IMG/VR virus record: IMGVR_UViG_3300044297_000138
Location: 1 to 64,000 of that record
Length of the DNA stretch: 64,000 nucleotides
Strand: one strand, 5' to 3'
Source: a virus
Taxonomy: Duplodnaviria > Caudoviricetes
The notes beneath the pieces were generated by a model. The model did not search any database. It saw nothing but the letters and a program-made list of their open reading frames with translations, and had not been told where the DNA came from. How positions within the stretch are numbered: the first letter of the stretch is position 1; every line of letters begins with the position of its first letter. The position numbers and the translations under genes were made by a program. Below are positions 9,073 to 18,766 of the stretch, one piece after another.

Positions 9073-9918
9073 ATGTCTGATAAACCAAGTTTCGTAACAA
9101 CGTGGATTGAACCTGAATCGGCTGCAAATACAAATTATCAGCCGGTTTATCCATATAATCATGTCACACAGACAAAAGGTGGCCATTCGTTTGAATTGGA
9201 TGATACACCAACCCGTGAACGCATCCGTTTACAACACGGTAAAGGCACATTTGTTGAAATGCATCCAAATGGTGACCAAGTTACCAAGATTTTAGGTGAT
9301 GGTTATACAATTATCCTTGGTGACCATAACATTGCAATTGGTGTTGATGACGGCCAGAACGCAAAAAAACTGAACATCACAGTTTATGGTGATGTAAGTA
9401 TGCATGTCACAGGCAATAAAGTTGAACAAATTGATGGAAATGTGGAACAATACATCAAAGGCAATTATACTCAGACGGTTGAAGGTATACATTCCGTTGC
9501 ATCTTTTGGTAATATGGAAATCAACGCCGGGGCATCACAATTGGGTAAACTGACGATAAACACACCGGATTACGTGAAAATCAATGGTGATTTAGCGGTT
9601 TCTAGCGAAATCAAAGCACAAAAGATTACATCCGAAACAAGAGTTGATGCAGGAACAGGCATTTCAGCAGGTGCTCTTGGATTTGTTACAATAACAGGCG
9701 GATTATCAGTAGGAATACCAGTTGCAATACCAGAACAGATTCTTTGCGCTGGAACAATCACATCGTTTTCAAGTGTCAACGCACCTTTGGGTAACTTTGG
9801 TATTTCTTCTAGTGTATTGTCTTTTGATATTGTAAACCAGTTAATCAGAAAAGTGCATACCCATATGGCATATAGAGGACCAACAAGTCCACCATTGAAT
9901 TCGGAGACTTCAGAATGA
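9073..9918 (+). CDS. gp5: gp5 C-terminal beta-helix spike with HxH apex motif
   Basis: YPYNHV.QT.GGH..ELDDTP.RERIR..H..GTF.E.HPNG, VxG-type repeats, C-terminal VHTH....GPTSPP; SD-like GAGGT upstream. Confidence 0.85.
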   Translation: MSDKPSFVTTWIEPESAANTNYQPVYPYNHVTQTKGGHSFELDDTPTRERIRLQHGKGTFVEMHPNGDQVTKILGDGYTIILGDHNIAIGVDDGQNAKKLNITVYGDVSMHVTGNKVEQIDGNVEQYIKGNYTQTVEGIHSVASFGNMEINAGASQLGKLTINTPDYVKINGDLAVSSEIKAQKITSETRVDAGTGISAGALGFVTITGGLSVGIPVAIPEQILCAGTITSFSSVNAPLGNFGISSSVLSFDIVNQLIRKVHTHMAYRGPTSPPLNSETSE

Positions 9919-10739
9919 GTGCAAATAGTATCTATGCTTTATTGAATTATCCTTCAAACGATCCGGTTATGAATGCTGCGGCTCAACCTTTTTCCGCAAA
10001 TGTTCAATATCAGATGAATTTGATGCCAACCATGGTCAAAACATGGCAACAAGATGACATTGCTGCAAATAACACAACAGGATACTTTCAAAATCCAACT
10101 TTATCACAATCCGTTTGGAATTCTGCAAATAGTTTTTTGTCTTTGACTTCCACTTGTCTGGGTGGAAACACAGGTGGTATTACAACACTTATAAGCAACA
10201 CAATAGGTGTGGCTCAAAATATGTCAAGTAATACTGCAAACAGTTATGTGTATCATACCAATCGTATGTCAAATGTAATTGAGCCAGACATTAATGGTGA
10301 TTTACCCCATTATCAGACAGCCATTGGATATGGCAAAATGATTACGTATATCACAAATAAGACGGACGGCGTACAAAATAACTCTGTATTAATTGGTAGT
10401 TTTAGTAGTATTTTGTCAGCCAATCTCTTTAATGCAAATGCAAATGTTGTCATAAATTGGACAAATAACTTTGCAAATACGTTATATGATGATGGAACAG
10501 GAAACTTATATTCCAATATTACGTTGGCCAATGCACAATCCATGTATACCGCTTTTGCATCATTAGATTCTGAAATGTGGAACCGCAGACAACAAGACAT
10601 TAATTTCTTTACAAATACCAAAACCATTATGAACAGGTACAACCATGTCAGTCAGTTCAATAATATAGGTCAAACTGAGACGGATTTGATTATGAATCAC
10701 ATAGGCACAGATAAGATAAAAACAAGATTGAGTTCCTAA
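9915..10739 (+). CDS. Hypothetical Asn-rich protein
   Basis: 274-aa ORF coupled to the spike gene by an ATGA overlap. Confidence 0.7.
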   Translation: MSANSIYALLNYPSNDPVMNAAAQPFSANVQYQMNLMPTMVKTWQQDDIAANNTTGYFQNPTLSQSVWNSANSFLSLTSTCLGGNTGGITTLISNTIGVAQNMSSNTANSYVYHTNRMSNVIEPDINGDLPHYQTAIGYGKMITYITNKTDGVQNNSVLIGSFSSILSANLFNANANVVINWTNNFANTLYDDGTGNLYSNITLANAQSMYTAFASLDSEMWNRRQQDINFFTNTKTIMNRYNHVSQFNNIGQTETDLIMNHIGTDKIKTRLSS

Positions 10740-10815
10740 AATTTCGTTTTTTTGAATCCGGCCCCTAAATTTTTCGGAGGCAGCTCAAGATTCCTAAAAA
10801 GCGTTTTACTCCTAC

Positions 10816-10823
10816 GATAAATA
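10816..10823 (+). promoter_or_regulatory. Late promoter GATAAATA upstream of gp25
   Basis: NATAAATA 4 nt before the ATG. Confidence 0.6.
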
Positions 10824-10827
10824 AAAG

Positions 10828-11220
10828 ATGGCAAATATAAGTAAACTTTATTCGGATATAGACTTCACGTTCACCCGTAAGCCGGTGACGAATGATGTTG
10901 CACTTAGTTATGATTCTCAAGCGGTTATTCGTTCTTTGAGAAACCTTTTGCAAACAAAACATTATGATAGACCGTTTAATCCTAGCCTAGGATCAAACAT
11001 GGAACTGATGCTTTTTGAACCTATTTCTTCTATGACAGCAGCATCTATTGAATCTGAGATAAGAAATACAGTAAGAAATTACGAAAATAGAGTGGTTTTG
11101 CAAGATATTAAAGTTGTTCCAAGAGAAGATCAAAATGCATATGAAGCATCTGTAACATTTTTCTTAGAAAATGCAACATTACCTACAACAGTAACACTCC
11201 TTTTAGAGAGAAACAGATAA
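10828..11220 (+). CDS. gp25: Baseplate wedge subunit
   Basis: YSDIDF.F...PVT.D, A...SLRNL..T....RPF.P.LGS....LFE, YE.RV. Confidence 0.92.
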   Translation: MANISKLYSDIDFTFTRKPVTNDVALSYDSQAVIRSLRNLLQTKHYDRPFNPSLGSNMELMLFEPISSMTAASIESEIRNTVRNYENRVVLQDIKVVPREDQNAYEASVTFFLENATLPTTVTLLLERNR

Positions 11221-11221
11221 A

Positions 11222-13300
11222 ATGGCTGGTGCAAATACAAATGTTCAAATAACCGACCTGGACTTTGACACAATCAAAAATAACTTAAAGACATTTTTGA
11301 AGTCACAGGACACACTAAAAGATTACAATTATGAAGGTTCGGCACTTTCAGTCCTATTGGATCTTTTGGCATACAACACGCAATATAATGCATACTATCT
11401 GAATATGGTGGCTAATGAAATGTTTTTGGACTCTGCAATCCAAAGAGATTCGGTAGTTTCATTAGCAAAAATGTTGAATTATACACCAAAATCTGTGACT
11501 GCACCAGAAGCCACAGTTACTTTGACTGTCAATCAAGTAAATGATCCATCATTAACTTTGGTAAAATATACACCATTTTTATCAGAAGGAATTGATGGCA
11601 TCAACTATACTTTTGTGACAAGTGAATCAAAAACAGTTAGTGTTGTAAACAATACAGCCACATTTTCAAACATTACAATTAAACAAGGAACACCATCTGG
11701 TATTTCTTATACAGTAGATTCAACACAGAATCCAACATACACATTTAAGATACCTGAAGTTAATGTTGATACATCCACACTTTCAGTTGTCGTTCAACAA
11801 TCTTCCACAAATACTGCTATACAAACATATACACTTTCAACAGACATTTTAAATGTTGATTCGGAATCACAAGTATATTTCTTACAAGAAGGTTCTGGTG
11901 GATATTATGAAGTTTACTTTGGTAACGGCATTATTGGTAAAAAACTAACAGATGGAAACATTGTTCGTCTTTCCTATTTGACCACATCAGGAACATCTTC
12001 TTATGGTGCAAATAGTTTTGTTGTTATGGGTTCTGTTGGTGGTTATTCCAATACTGTTGTGACACCTGTTATATCTTCAAGCACAGGTTCAGCCAAAGAA
12101 AGTGTCACATCTATTAAATTCCAGGCACCAAAATCTTTTGCATCACAAGGCCGTGCGGTCACCAAAGAAGATTATATTACTGCAATTCAACAAAACAATT
12201 TAGGTTTTACCTTTGATGCCGTGAACGTATGGGGCGGTCAAGAGAATGATCCTCCAGTCTATGGTCAAGTATTTGTTTGTGCAAAACCAAATGGTGGTTA
12301 TACATTCACCGCAACACAAAAACAAAAACTGTTGGATATGGTGGTGAAACCAATTTCGGTAATGACTGTTGATCCTATTTTTGTTGATCCAGATTATTCT
12401 TACATACAGATTACTGCAAATGTATTGTATGATCCAAAGAAAACAACACTCAGTTCTGGTGAATTGGCTGCAGCAGTTAAGTCTGCAATTTCAAGTTATT
12501 CAGTTCAATCTTTGAATACATTTAATTCTACTTTTTCATCAGTAGATTTCAACAATATCATTAAAAATACCGACTTGTCTATTATATCAAATGAAATTAA
12601 TATTCAAGTACAAAAGAAGTTCTTCCCCAACTTGTCAACACCAACAACATATAAGTTGTATTATGGAACACCACTAAAGAGAGGTATGTTCCAAAGTGGT
12701 CTGAATACCAGCCCATCAATGTCTTATAGAAACCAAGCAAATCTTTCACAGACAATACAAGGTGTTTACATAGAAGAAGTTCCTTCTTCAAGTGGTGGTA
12801 TTGAATCTATATCAGTTATAAATCCGGGTTTCAGTTATCAATATGCACCAACAGTCACTATTAAAGGTGATGGTACAGGTGCAACCGCCACAGCAGAAAT
12901 CAATTCAAACGGAACATTAAAGTCCATTACTGTTACCAATGCAGGTATAGGATACACAAGTGCAATTATTGTACTGACACCACAATCAAACGACACAACA
13001 GGCCAACAAGGTGCTGCTGTGGCTATTATGGAAGGTAGATACGGTACACTCAGAACATATTATAATGATACAAATAATGTGAAAACCGTTTTAAATAACA
13101 ATGTCGGATCAATTGATTACAACTTAGGTATTGTAACATTAGATGCGTTGAATCCTTTGACTATTGACAATGCTTTGGGTCAATTAACAGTTTCTTCCAC
13201 TCCAACCACAACAATTATATCGTCCACATACAATAGAATTATTACTGTGGATCCATATGATTCAAATGCTATCGTAGTTAATGTAATTGCTAAGACATGA
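11222..13300 (+). CDS. gp6: Baseplate wedge subunit
   Basis: LDFD.IK.NLK.FL, DYNYEGSALSVLLD.LAYNT.YNA, EMFLDSA..R.SVVS.AK, YFGNG..G, QGRAVT..DY, WGG.ENDPP.YG.V. Confidence 0.95.
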   Translation: MAGANTNVQITDLDFDTIKNNLKTFLKSQDTLKDYNYEGSALSVLLDLLAYNTQYNAYYLNMVANEMFLDSAIQRDSVVSLAKMLNYTPKSVTAPEATVTLTVNQVNDPSLTLVKYTPFLSEGIDGINYTFVTSESKTVSVVNNTATFSNITIKQGTPSGISYTVDSTQNPTYTFKIPEVNVDTSTLSVVVQQSSTNTAIQTYTLSTDILNVDSESQVYFLQEGSGGYYEVYFGNGIIGKKLTDGNIVRLSYLTTSGTSSYGANSFVVMGSVGGYSNTVVTPVISSSTGSAKESVTSIKFQAPKSFASQGRAVTKEDYITAIQQNNLGFTFDAVNVWGGQENDPPVYGQVFVCAKPNGGYTFTATQKQKLLDMVVKPISVMTVDPIFVDPDYSYIQITANVLYDPKKTTLSSGELAAAVKSAISSYSVQSLNTFNSTFSSVDFNNIIKNTDLSIISNEINIQVQKKFFPNLSTPTTYKLYYGTPLKRGMFQSGLNTSPSMSYRNQANLSQTIQGVYIEEVPSSSGGIESISVINPGFSYQYAPTVTIKGDGTGATATAEINSNGTLKSITVTNAGIGYTSAIIVLTPQSNDTTGQQGAAVAIMEGRYGTLRTYYNDTNNVKTVLNNNVGSIDYNLGIVTLDALNPLTIDNALGQLTVSSTPTTTIISSTYNRIITVDPYDSNAIVVNVIAKT

Positions 13301-16104
13301 TTTACAATAACGAAAAAACATCCTTACTGATAGATTCACAACTGCCTGAGTTCATTCAGGCAGAACCAGACTATCAAAATTTCAGATTGTTCCTACAGGC
13401 CTACTATGAGTGGATGGAACAAGAAGGTAAAGCAATACAAAGAACCAAGAATCTTTTGTCGTACCATGATATTGATACAACAACAAATGAGTTCTTAGAG
13501 TATTTTACCAATCAATTTTTACCATATTTTCCAAAACAATCGTTGATTAGTGAACAAGAAGCGGTAAAGATTGCAAAACAATTGTATCAAACCAAAGGAA
13601 CACCAGCTTCTTACAGGTTTCTCTTTAAGATTCTTTACAATTCAGATTTTGATCTTTTTTATACAAAGGATGCCGTTCTTAAAGCATCAGCAGGTTCTTG
13701 GTATGTTGCAAAAAGTTTGAAACTTGCAACTGAAGATTTAAGATTCTTAAAGATACAAAACTACAGATTGTTTGGTGAAAATTCCAAATCAATCGCAACA
13801 GTAGAAAATGCCATCGTTGCTGGTACAAAGATAGAAGTTTTTATTTCCAACATAGAAAGACTATTTGAATCTGGAGAAATAGTTCGTGTAATTGATTCCA
13901 ATAATCAAGATGTATTAATTGATGGTGAAACATTAAGAGCCAAAGTTGTTGGTCAAGTCAGCCAAGTATCAATTGATCCAAATAATAGAGGTTTGTTATA
14001 TCAACCTGGTGATCCGGTTATTGTTTATGATGGTTTGAATCCTGATATTGAGTTTCCTGTATCAGCAACAGCTGAAGTTGGTCAAACAACAACAGGTGCT
14101 ATTAAGAGTGTTAGTGTTTTAACTGGTGGATATGGTTACAGACAATATCCTTATACGACAATTGAATTTACAAAAGCACCTGGCGCACAAGCAGTTGTTG
14201 GTTCTTTAGATCCACAAGGCATTTCAAATGTGGCTTTCATACCTATGGATAGTATAGGTATCAAAAAGAATGTTAAACTAAACGCAAACAATTATTTCTT
14301 TTCAAATATTGCAACATCAAATGCCAATACAACATTGGCCAAAGCATTTTCGTTTGATTCTTTCACCACATATCCTTTGTCATCCGTTTTAGTTACCAAT
14401 GGTGGTGGCGGCATAAGAGAGATACCAACAGTAGAAGCCAAATCAAACTATTTTGCTGAGACCGACTATGCATTGTTATCATCATTGGGTATTTTGGCAC
14501 CAATTCAAATAGCAAATGGTGGCCATGGTTATCAGGCAAACGATGTGATTGTTTTCTCTGGTGGTTCTGGTCGTGGTGCATATGCAAATGTAGCGACTGT
14601 TAATGCCACTGGTGCAATCACAAAAGTGGAATATGTTCAGGGTCCAGCAAGACTGTATCCAATTGGCGGCATGGGATACAAGAGTATAGATTTACCATCT
14701 GTTACAGTTTCTTCATCAAATGTTCAAGCAAATGGCGCAAGTGTATTTGTACCAGGTATTCTTGGTGAAGGTGCCTCATTCTCATTACTTGTTGATCGTG
14801 TTGGTTCTGTAACAACAATTAATCTAATGAATCCTGGTGAAGATTATGTTGCAACTCCAAAAGTATCATTAAAAGTTCAAGATATATTAGTATCAAATGT
14901 TGCAATTAATAATTTACCACAGAAGAATGATGTTGTTTATCAGGGAAATAGTTTAGAAACATCTTCTTACTATGCAACAGTAAATTCAATATCGGAATTG
15001 GTAAACAATCAGGATCCAACACAATCAATTTGGAATCTAAGAGTTTTTAATTACTACTCAACACCAAACACACAGTTGTCTTTGACTATTGAAAAAACAT
15101 CCAACATACACATGGTGATGGCCAATACGGCATTGAATTCAAATTACAACTCAAGTGGTATTAGATATTATGGTGACGGTGCAGCAAAAGCAAATGCAAA
15201 ATTCTTGAATGGATTGGTTGTAAGTCAAGGTGAATATTTAAATTCACAAGGACAACCAAGTTCTTTTGATGTATTACAGAGTTCTGATTACAATAACTTC
15301 ACATATGAGATTACAGTTCAGGAATCTATATCAAAATATAGAGGCATACTACTAGACCTATTACATCCAACAGGCATGAAGGTCATTGGTAGACATGCAA
15401 TGAAATCAAATAGTCATTTGGATTTCCATGTTCAAAACGCCTTATATCAGGGTTATCCATTATATTATTATGCTGGATATGGTTCATATGTGACCATGAC
15501 AACAGATTTCAGTAATAAGAGCAATAATATTATTGAATTCTTTAATATTGACGGCGCAAATCTGGCCAGTTTCATATACCCTGGTGAAACAGAAATCATA
15601 TTGATGCCAACAAATGGTCCAAACGTTGAAGCTAGGGCTGTATCTGTTGATTATGCAAACAATAAAGTTACATTAGACACAAATACATGGTTAACATTTG
15701 CCAATGTGGCTGTTGCAACAGGTAACTCTGGTAGCAATACAATAAATATTACATCGTTGACTGGTAAATATGACATTATTAATAATGGAAATTATAGTGA
15801 CGCAAACATTCACCTAAAGGATATCGTGTATGTTGGTGACTCAATATTAATAGATAACAACACAAGTAAAATAGTCAATTCAATTGATTATGCAAATGGT
15901 ATTATAAGATTGACCAGTAATTTGTCAAGTAATGCAAACTCTATGATTTCAGTCAAGAGAAACTTTATTGCAAATTCAGATTATGTATACAATCAGATTG
16001 AAATATATGGTCCAGTTGGACAAACATATATTAATCCACAATTAACAACGGAAGACGGAACAATAATCACAACGGAAGATGATATAATTCTTCTAGTGGG
16101 GTAA
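13297..16104 (+). CDS. gp7: Baseplate wedge initiator (gp7-like)
   Basis: QLPEF, FL.AYYEW.E, LY..KGT..SY.FLF.ILY, Y.NFTYEI, LLHP.GMK; between gp6 and gp8. Confidence 0.75.
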   Translation: MIYNNEKTSLLIDSQLPEFIQAEPDYQNFRLFLQAYYEWMEQEGKAIQRTKNLLSYHDIDTTTNEFLEYFTNQFLPYFPKQSLISEQEAVKIAKQLYQTKGTPASYRFLFKILYNSDFDLFYTKDAVLKASAGSWYVAKSLKLATEDLRFLKIQNYRLFGENSKSIATVENAIVAGTKIEVFISNIERLFESGEIVRVIDSNNQDVLIDGETLRAKVVGQVSQVSIDPNNRGLLYQPGDPVIVYDGLNPDIEFPVSATAEVGQTTTGAIKSVSVLTGGYGYRQYPYTTIEFTKAPGAQAVVGSLDPQGISNVAFIPMDSIGIKKNVKLNANNYFFSNIATSNANTTLAKAFSFDSFTTYPLSSVLVTNGGGGIREIPTVEAKSNYFAETDYALLSSLGILAPIQIANGGHGYQANDVIVFSGGSGRGAYANVATVNATGAITKVEYVQGPARLYPIGGMGYKSIDLPSVTVSSSNVQANGASVFVPGILGEGASFSLLVDRVGSVTTINLMNPGEDYVATPKVSLKVQDILVSNVAINNLPQKNDVVYQGNSLETSSYYATVNSISELVNNQDPTQSIWNLRVFNYYSTPNTQLSLTIEKTSNIHMVMANTALNSNYNSSGIRYYGDGAAKANAKFLNGLVVSQGEYLNSQGQPSSFDVLQSSDYNNFTYEITVQESISKYRGILLDLLHPTGMKVIGRHAMKSNSHLDFHVQNALYQGYPLYYYAGYGSYVTMTTDFSNKSNNIIEFFNIDGANLASFIYPGETEIILMPTNGPNVEARAVSVDYANNKVTLDTNTWLTFANVAVATGNSGSNTINITSLTGKYDIINNGNYSDANIHLKDIVYVGDSILIDNNTSKIVNSIDYANGIIRLTSNLSSNANSMISVKRNFIANSDYVYNQIEIYGPVGQTYINPQLTTEDGTIITTEDDIILLVG

Positions 16105-16107
16105 AAA

Positions 16108-17382
16108 ATGGCAACATCTAAAATATCAAATCTAAACGCACTTGCACCTTTGAATTCTAATACAGCAAATGTGTATTTCGTGGCAACAGATAAACAATCT
16201 GGAGTATCCGGTAAAGTATCAGGTACTACTTTGGCCAACGGACTTTATGCATACAACACATTGAATGTTGGAAATACCGAAGTTATTTTCCCAAATGTTG
16301 TTTCTCAGTTTGCAAAAAACGGTGAATCATATATTCAAGTTAATCTATTGAACACTGCTGATGGTGGTTCTGCCGATTATGTGGCAACCGCAAATACAGG
16401 TACAGACACCACATATTTTATTGATATGGGTTATGCCAATAAAGATTTTGTTCCTGGTTCCGAATACAACAGCTTGGGTAATTCAATACACGCACTAGAT
16501 GGTTATTTGTATGTTCAAGGTAATTCTTCATCTAATGTTGGTGGCAATCTTGTTATTGGAACAACCACATCAAACACACATTTAGGATTAATAGTTGGTG
16601 GCGGCACCACATCAAATGTTATTGCACAATTATACCAAAATCAAATTGTTTTAAATAGAACTGTTGTTTTTGGTGATGGCACCACACAAAACACTTCTGC
16701 TGATTCGGCAAGAACGTATGCTAATGGTGCTTTCATTCAAGCAAATGCGGCATTTCTAGTTGCAAATACACCAACACATGTGGCAAACTCAGCCGGATTA
16801 TATGCTAATGCCGCTTTCATTCAGGCTAATGCAGCGTTCTTAACAGCCAATACACCAACACATGTGGCAAACTCAGCCGCATTATATGCCAACGGATCAT
16901 TTATACAAGCAAATGCTGCATTTACAAAAGCAAACAACGCCTTGGCAAATACAACAGGAACACTTAATGGTTCTTTAACTGTCACAGGTACTTTGTCTAC
17001 AGGAAATGTTACCATAAACAATGGTGTTGTTATAAATGATGGTGGTTTATTTCAATATACAACTGCAAATAGTTCAACGGTCACACAATTAAGTACCAAA
17101 AACAATCCTGTTACATGCAACGGTAGAACTGGTCAAATAACAACAAATAATGGAGCTTTGGCTGCCGGAAGATCGGATACATTTAGAGTTACTAACAATC
17201 AAGTAACAAATGCAAATGACATTATAATTGTTGGCATTTCTTCTGGTGCAACTGGAAATACATATCAAGTTTGCACAACTGGTGTTGGTGCTGGTTATTT
17301 TGACATTACAATATCTAACGTTAGTTCAACATCACAATCCGATACATTAGTAATTAATTTTGCAATCATCCGTGTTCAATAA
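16108..17382 (+). CDS. Fibre-like structural protein with ANAAF coiled-coil repeats
   Basis: N-terminal KIS.L motif, 28-aa repeats, C-terminal beta-rich domain (TVTQ...VT.N...G.IT...INFAII). Confidence 0.65.
   Translation: MATSKISNLNALAPLNSNTANVYFVATDKQSGVSGKVSGTTLANGLYAYNTLNVGNTEVIFPNVVSQFAKNGESYIQVNLLNTADGGSADYVATANTGTDTTYFIDMGYANKDFVPGSEYNSLGNSIHALDGYLYVQGNSSSNVGGNLVIGTTTSNTHLGLIVGGGTTSNVIAQLYQNQIVLNRTVVFGDGTTQNTSADSARTYANGAFIQANAAFLVANTPTHVANSAGLYANAAFIQANAAFLTANTPTHVANSAALYANGSFIQANAAFTKANNALANTTGTLNGSLTVTGTLSTGNVTINNGVVINDGGLFQYTTANSSTVTQLSTKNNPVTCNGRTGQITTNNGALAAGRSDTFRVTNNQVTNANDIIIVGISSGATGNTYQVCTTGVGAGYFDITISNVSSTSQSDTLVINFAIIRVQ
16717..16923 (+). repeat. 84-bp (28-aa) coding repeat, about 2.5 copies
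   Basis: YANGAFIQANAAFLVANTPTHVANSAGL / YANAAFIQANAAFLTANTPTHVANSAAL starting at 16717, 16801 and 16885. Confidence 0.9.
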
Positions 17383-17388
17383 TAAATA
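17381..17388 (+). promoter_or_regulatory. Late promoter AATAAATA upstream of gp8
   Basis: NATAAATA 4 nt before the ATG. Confidence 0.6.
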
Positions 17389-17392
17389 AATC

Positions 17393-18757
17393 ATGGCAAA
17401 TAAAAACATTCTCACAACAGAATCAAGAACCATGATGGTTGAACAGGTGTATTTTTCACCTGTAGCCGTGGTTCCTCCTAATGATTACAACGCACAAACA
17501 ATCTATACTTTTTTATCTAAAGTAGAACCTTGGGTTGATGATGAAAATATACCCGCACCTACTTCCGATGAAAAATACAAGAAACAAGTCTTTAAAAACA
17601 TGTTTGTGGCCAAAAGGGTCAAATCATCCGATATTTCTCCAGTTATACAGAGAGTGAATTGGACTTCCGGTATAGTTTATGATTATTATCGTGATGATAT
17701 TGACATGAACGCAGTTGATGTTGATGGAAATCCAGTTTATACTTTCTATGTAAGAAACCGATACGACCAAGTATTTAAATGCCTTTGGAATAATAATGGT
17801 GAAAGTTCAACAGAGGAACCATATTTTGAACCTGGTTCATACAACACCAACAACATTTTCCAAAGCACAGATGGTTACAAGTGGAAATATATTTACACCA
17901 TAGACTTGGGACTTAAAGTAAAATTCATGGATGATACATGGATTCCTGTTCCAGTTGGTGCAAATACACCAAATCCATTGCAAACAAGTGCTGGTGCAGG
18001 ATGTGTAGATGTAATCAACGTAACAGATGTTGGTTCTGGTTATGATCCAGCCAATGCAGTCATAACAATTACCGTTACTGGTGACGGAACTGGTGCAACC
18101 GCCACATCAAATGTGGTAAACGGACAGTTGGTAGATGTTATCGTAACATCACCAGGAACAAACTACACTTTTGCAAACGTGTCTATTTCATCTGCATTAG
18201 GTTCAAACGCAACGGTGACGGCTCCAATATCTCCTATTGGCGGCCACGGTTTTGATCCAATATCAGAACTTGGTTGCCGTCATTTAATGATTACTACCGA
18301 ATTTAATAATACCGAAAACAATGTGTTGCCTGTTGATATTGATTTTCACCAGGTTGGTTTGTTGGTAAATCCAACCACCTATGCTGACTATCCTATACCA
18401 GCCAACTCGGAAATTTACAGAACAACAACCGATTTAATTGTTGCACCAGGTTTCGGTGCATTTGTGGCTGACGAATATGTTTTCCAAGGAAATTCACTGG
18501 AAGATTCTACATTTTCAGCCAGAGTTTTAACATTTAACACATCAACCAATGTAATATACCTAATAAATACAAAAGGTACTTTAACATTGAACGCTCCAAT
18601 TTTTGGAGACACATCAAAAACAACAAGAACACTACTATCTTACAGCACTTCCAGCTTGGCTCCATTTTCAGGTTATATGATTTTAATAGAAAATAGATCC
18701 GCTGTTCAGAGAAGTGCAGATGGTATAGAACAATTCAGATTTGTATTGGGTTACTAA
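17393..18757 (+). CDS. gp8: Baseplate wedge subunit
   Basis: R.NWTSG..YD.Y, V.KCL.N.....ST.EP, DGY.WKY.YTI, GGHG.D...ELG, ENR....RS.D..E. Confidence 0.9.
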   Translation: MANKNILTTESRTMMVEQVYFSPVAVVPPNDYNAQTIYTFLSKVEPWVDDENIPAPTSDEKYKKQVFKNMFVAKRVKSSDISPVIQRVNWTSGIVYDYYRDDIDMNAVDVDGNPVYTFYVRNRYDQVFKCLWNNNGESSTEEPYFEPGSYNTNNIFQSTDGYKWKYIYTIDLGLKVKFMDDTWIPVPVGANTPNPLQTSAGAGCVDVINVTDVGSGYDPANAVITITVTGDGTGATATSNVVNGQLVDVIVTSPGTNYTFANVSISSALGSNATVTAPISPIGGHGFDPISELGCRHLMITTEFNNTENNVLPVDIDFHQVGLLVNPTTYADYPIPANSEIYRTTTDLIVAPGFGAFVADEYVFQGNSLEDSTFSARVLTFNTSTNVIYLINTKGTLTLNAPIFGDTSKTTRTLLSYSTSSLAPFSGYMILIENRSAVQRSADGIEQFRFVLGY

Positions 18758-18766
18758 AGGAATAAA

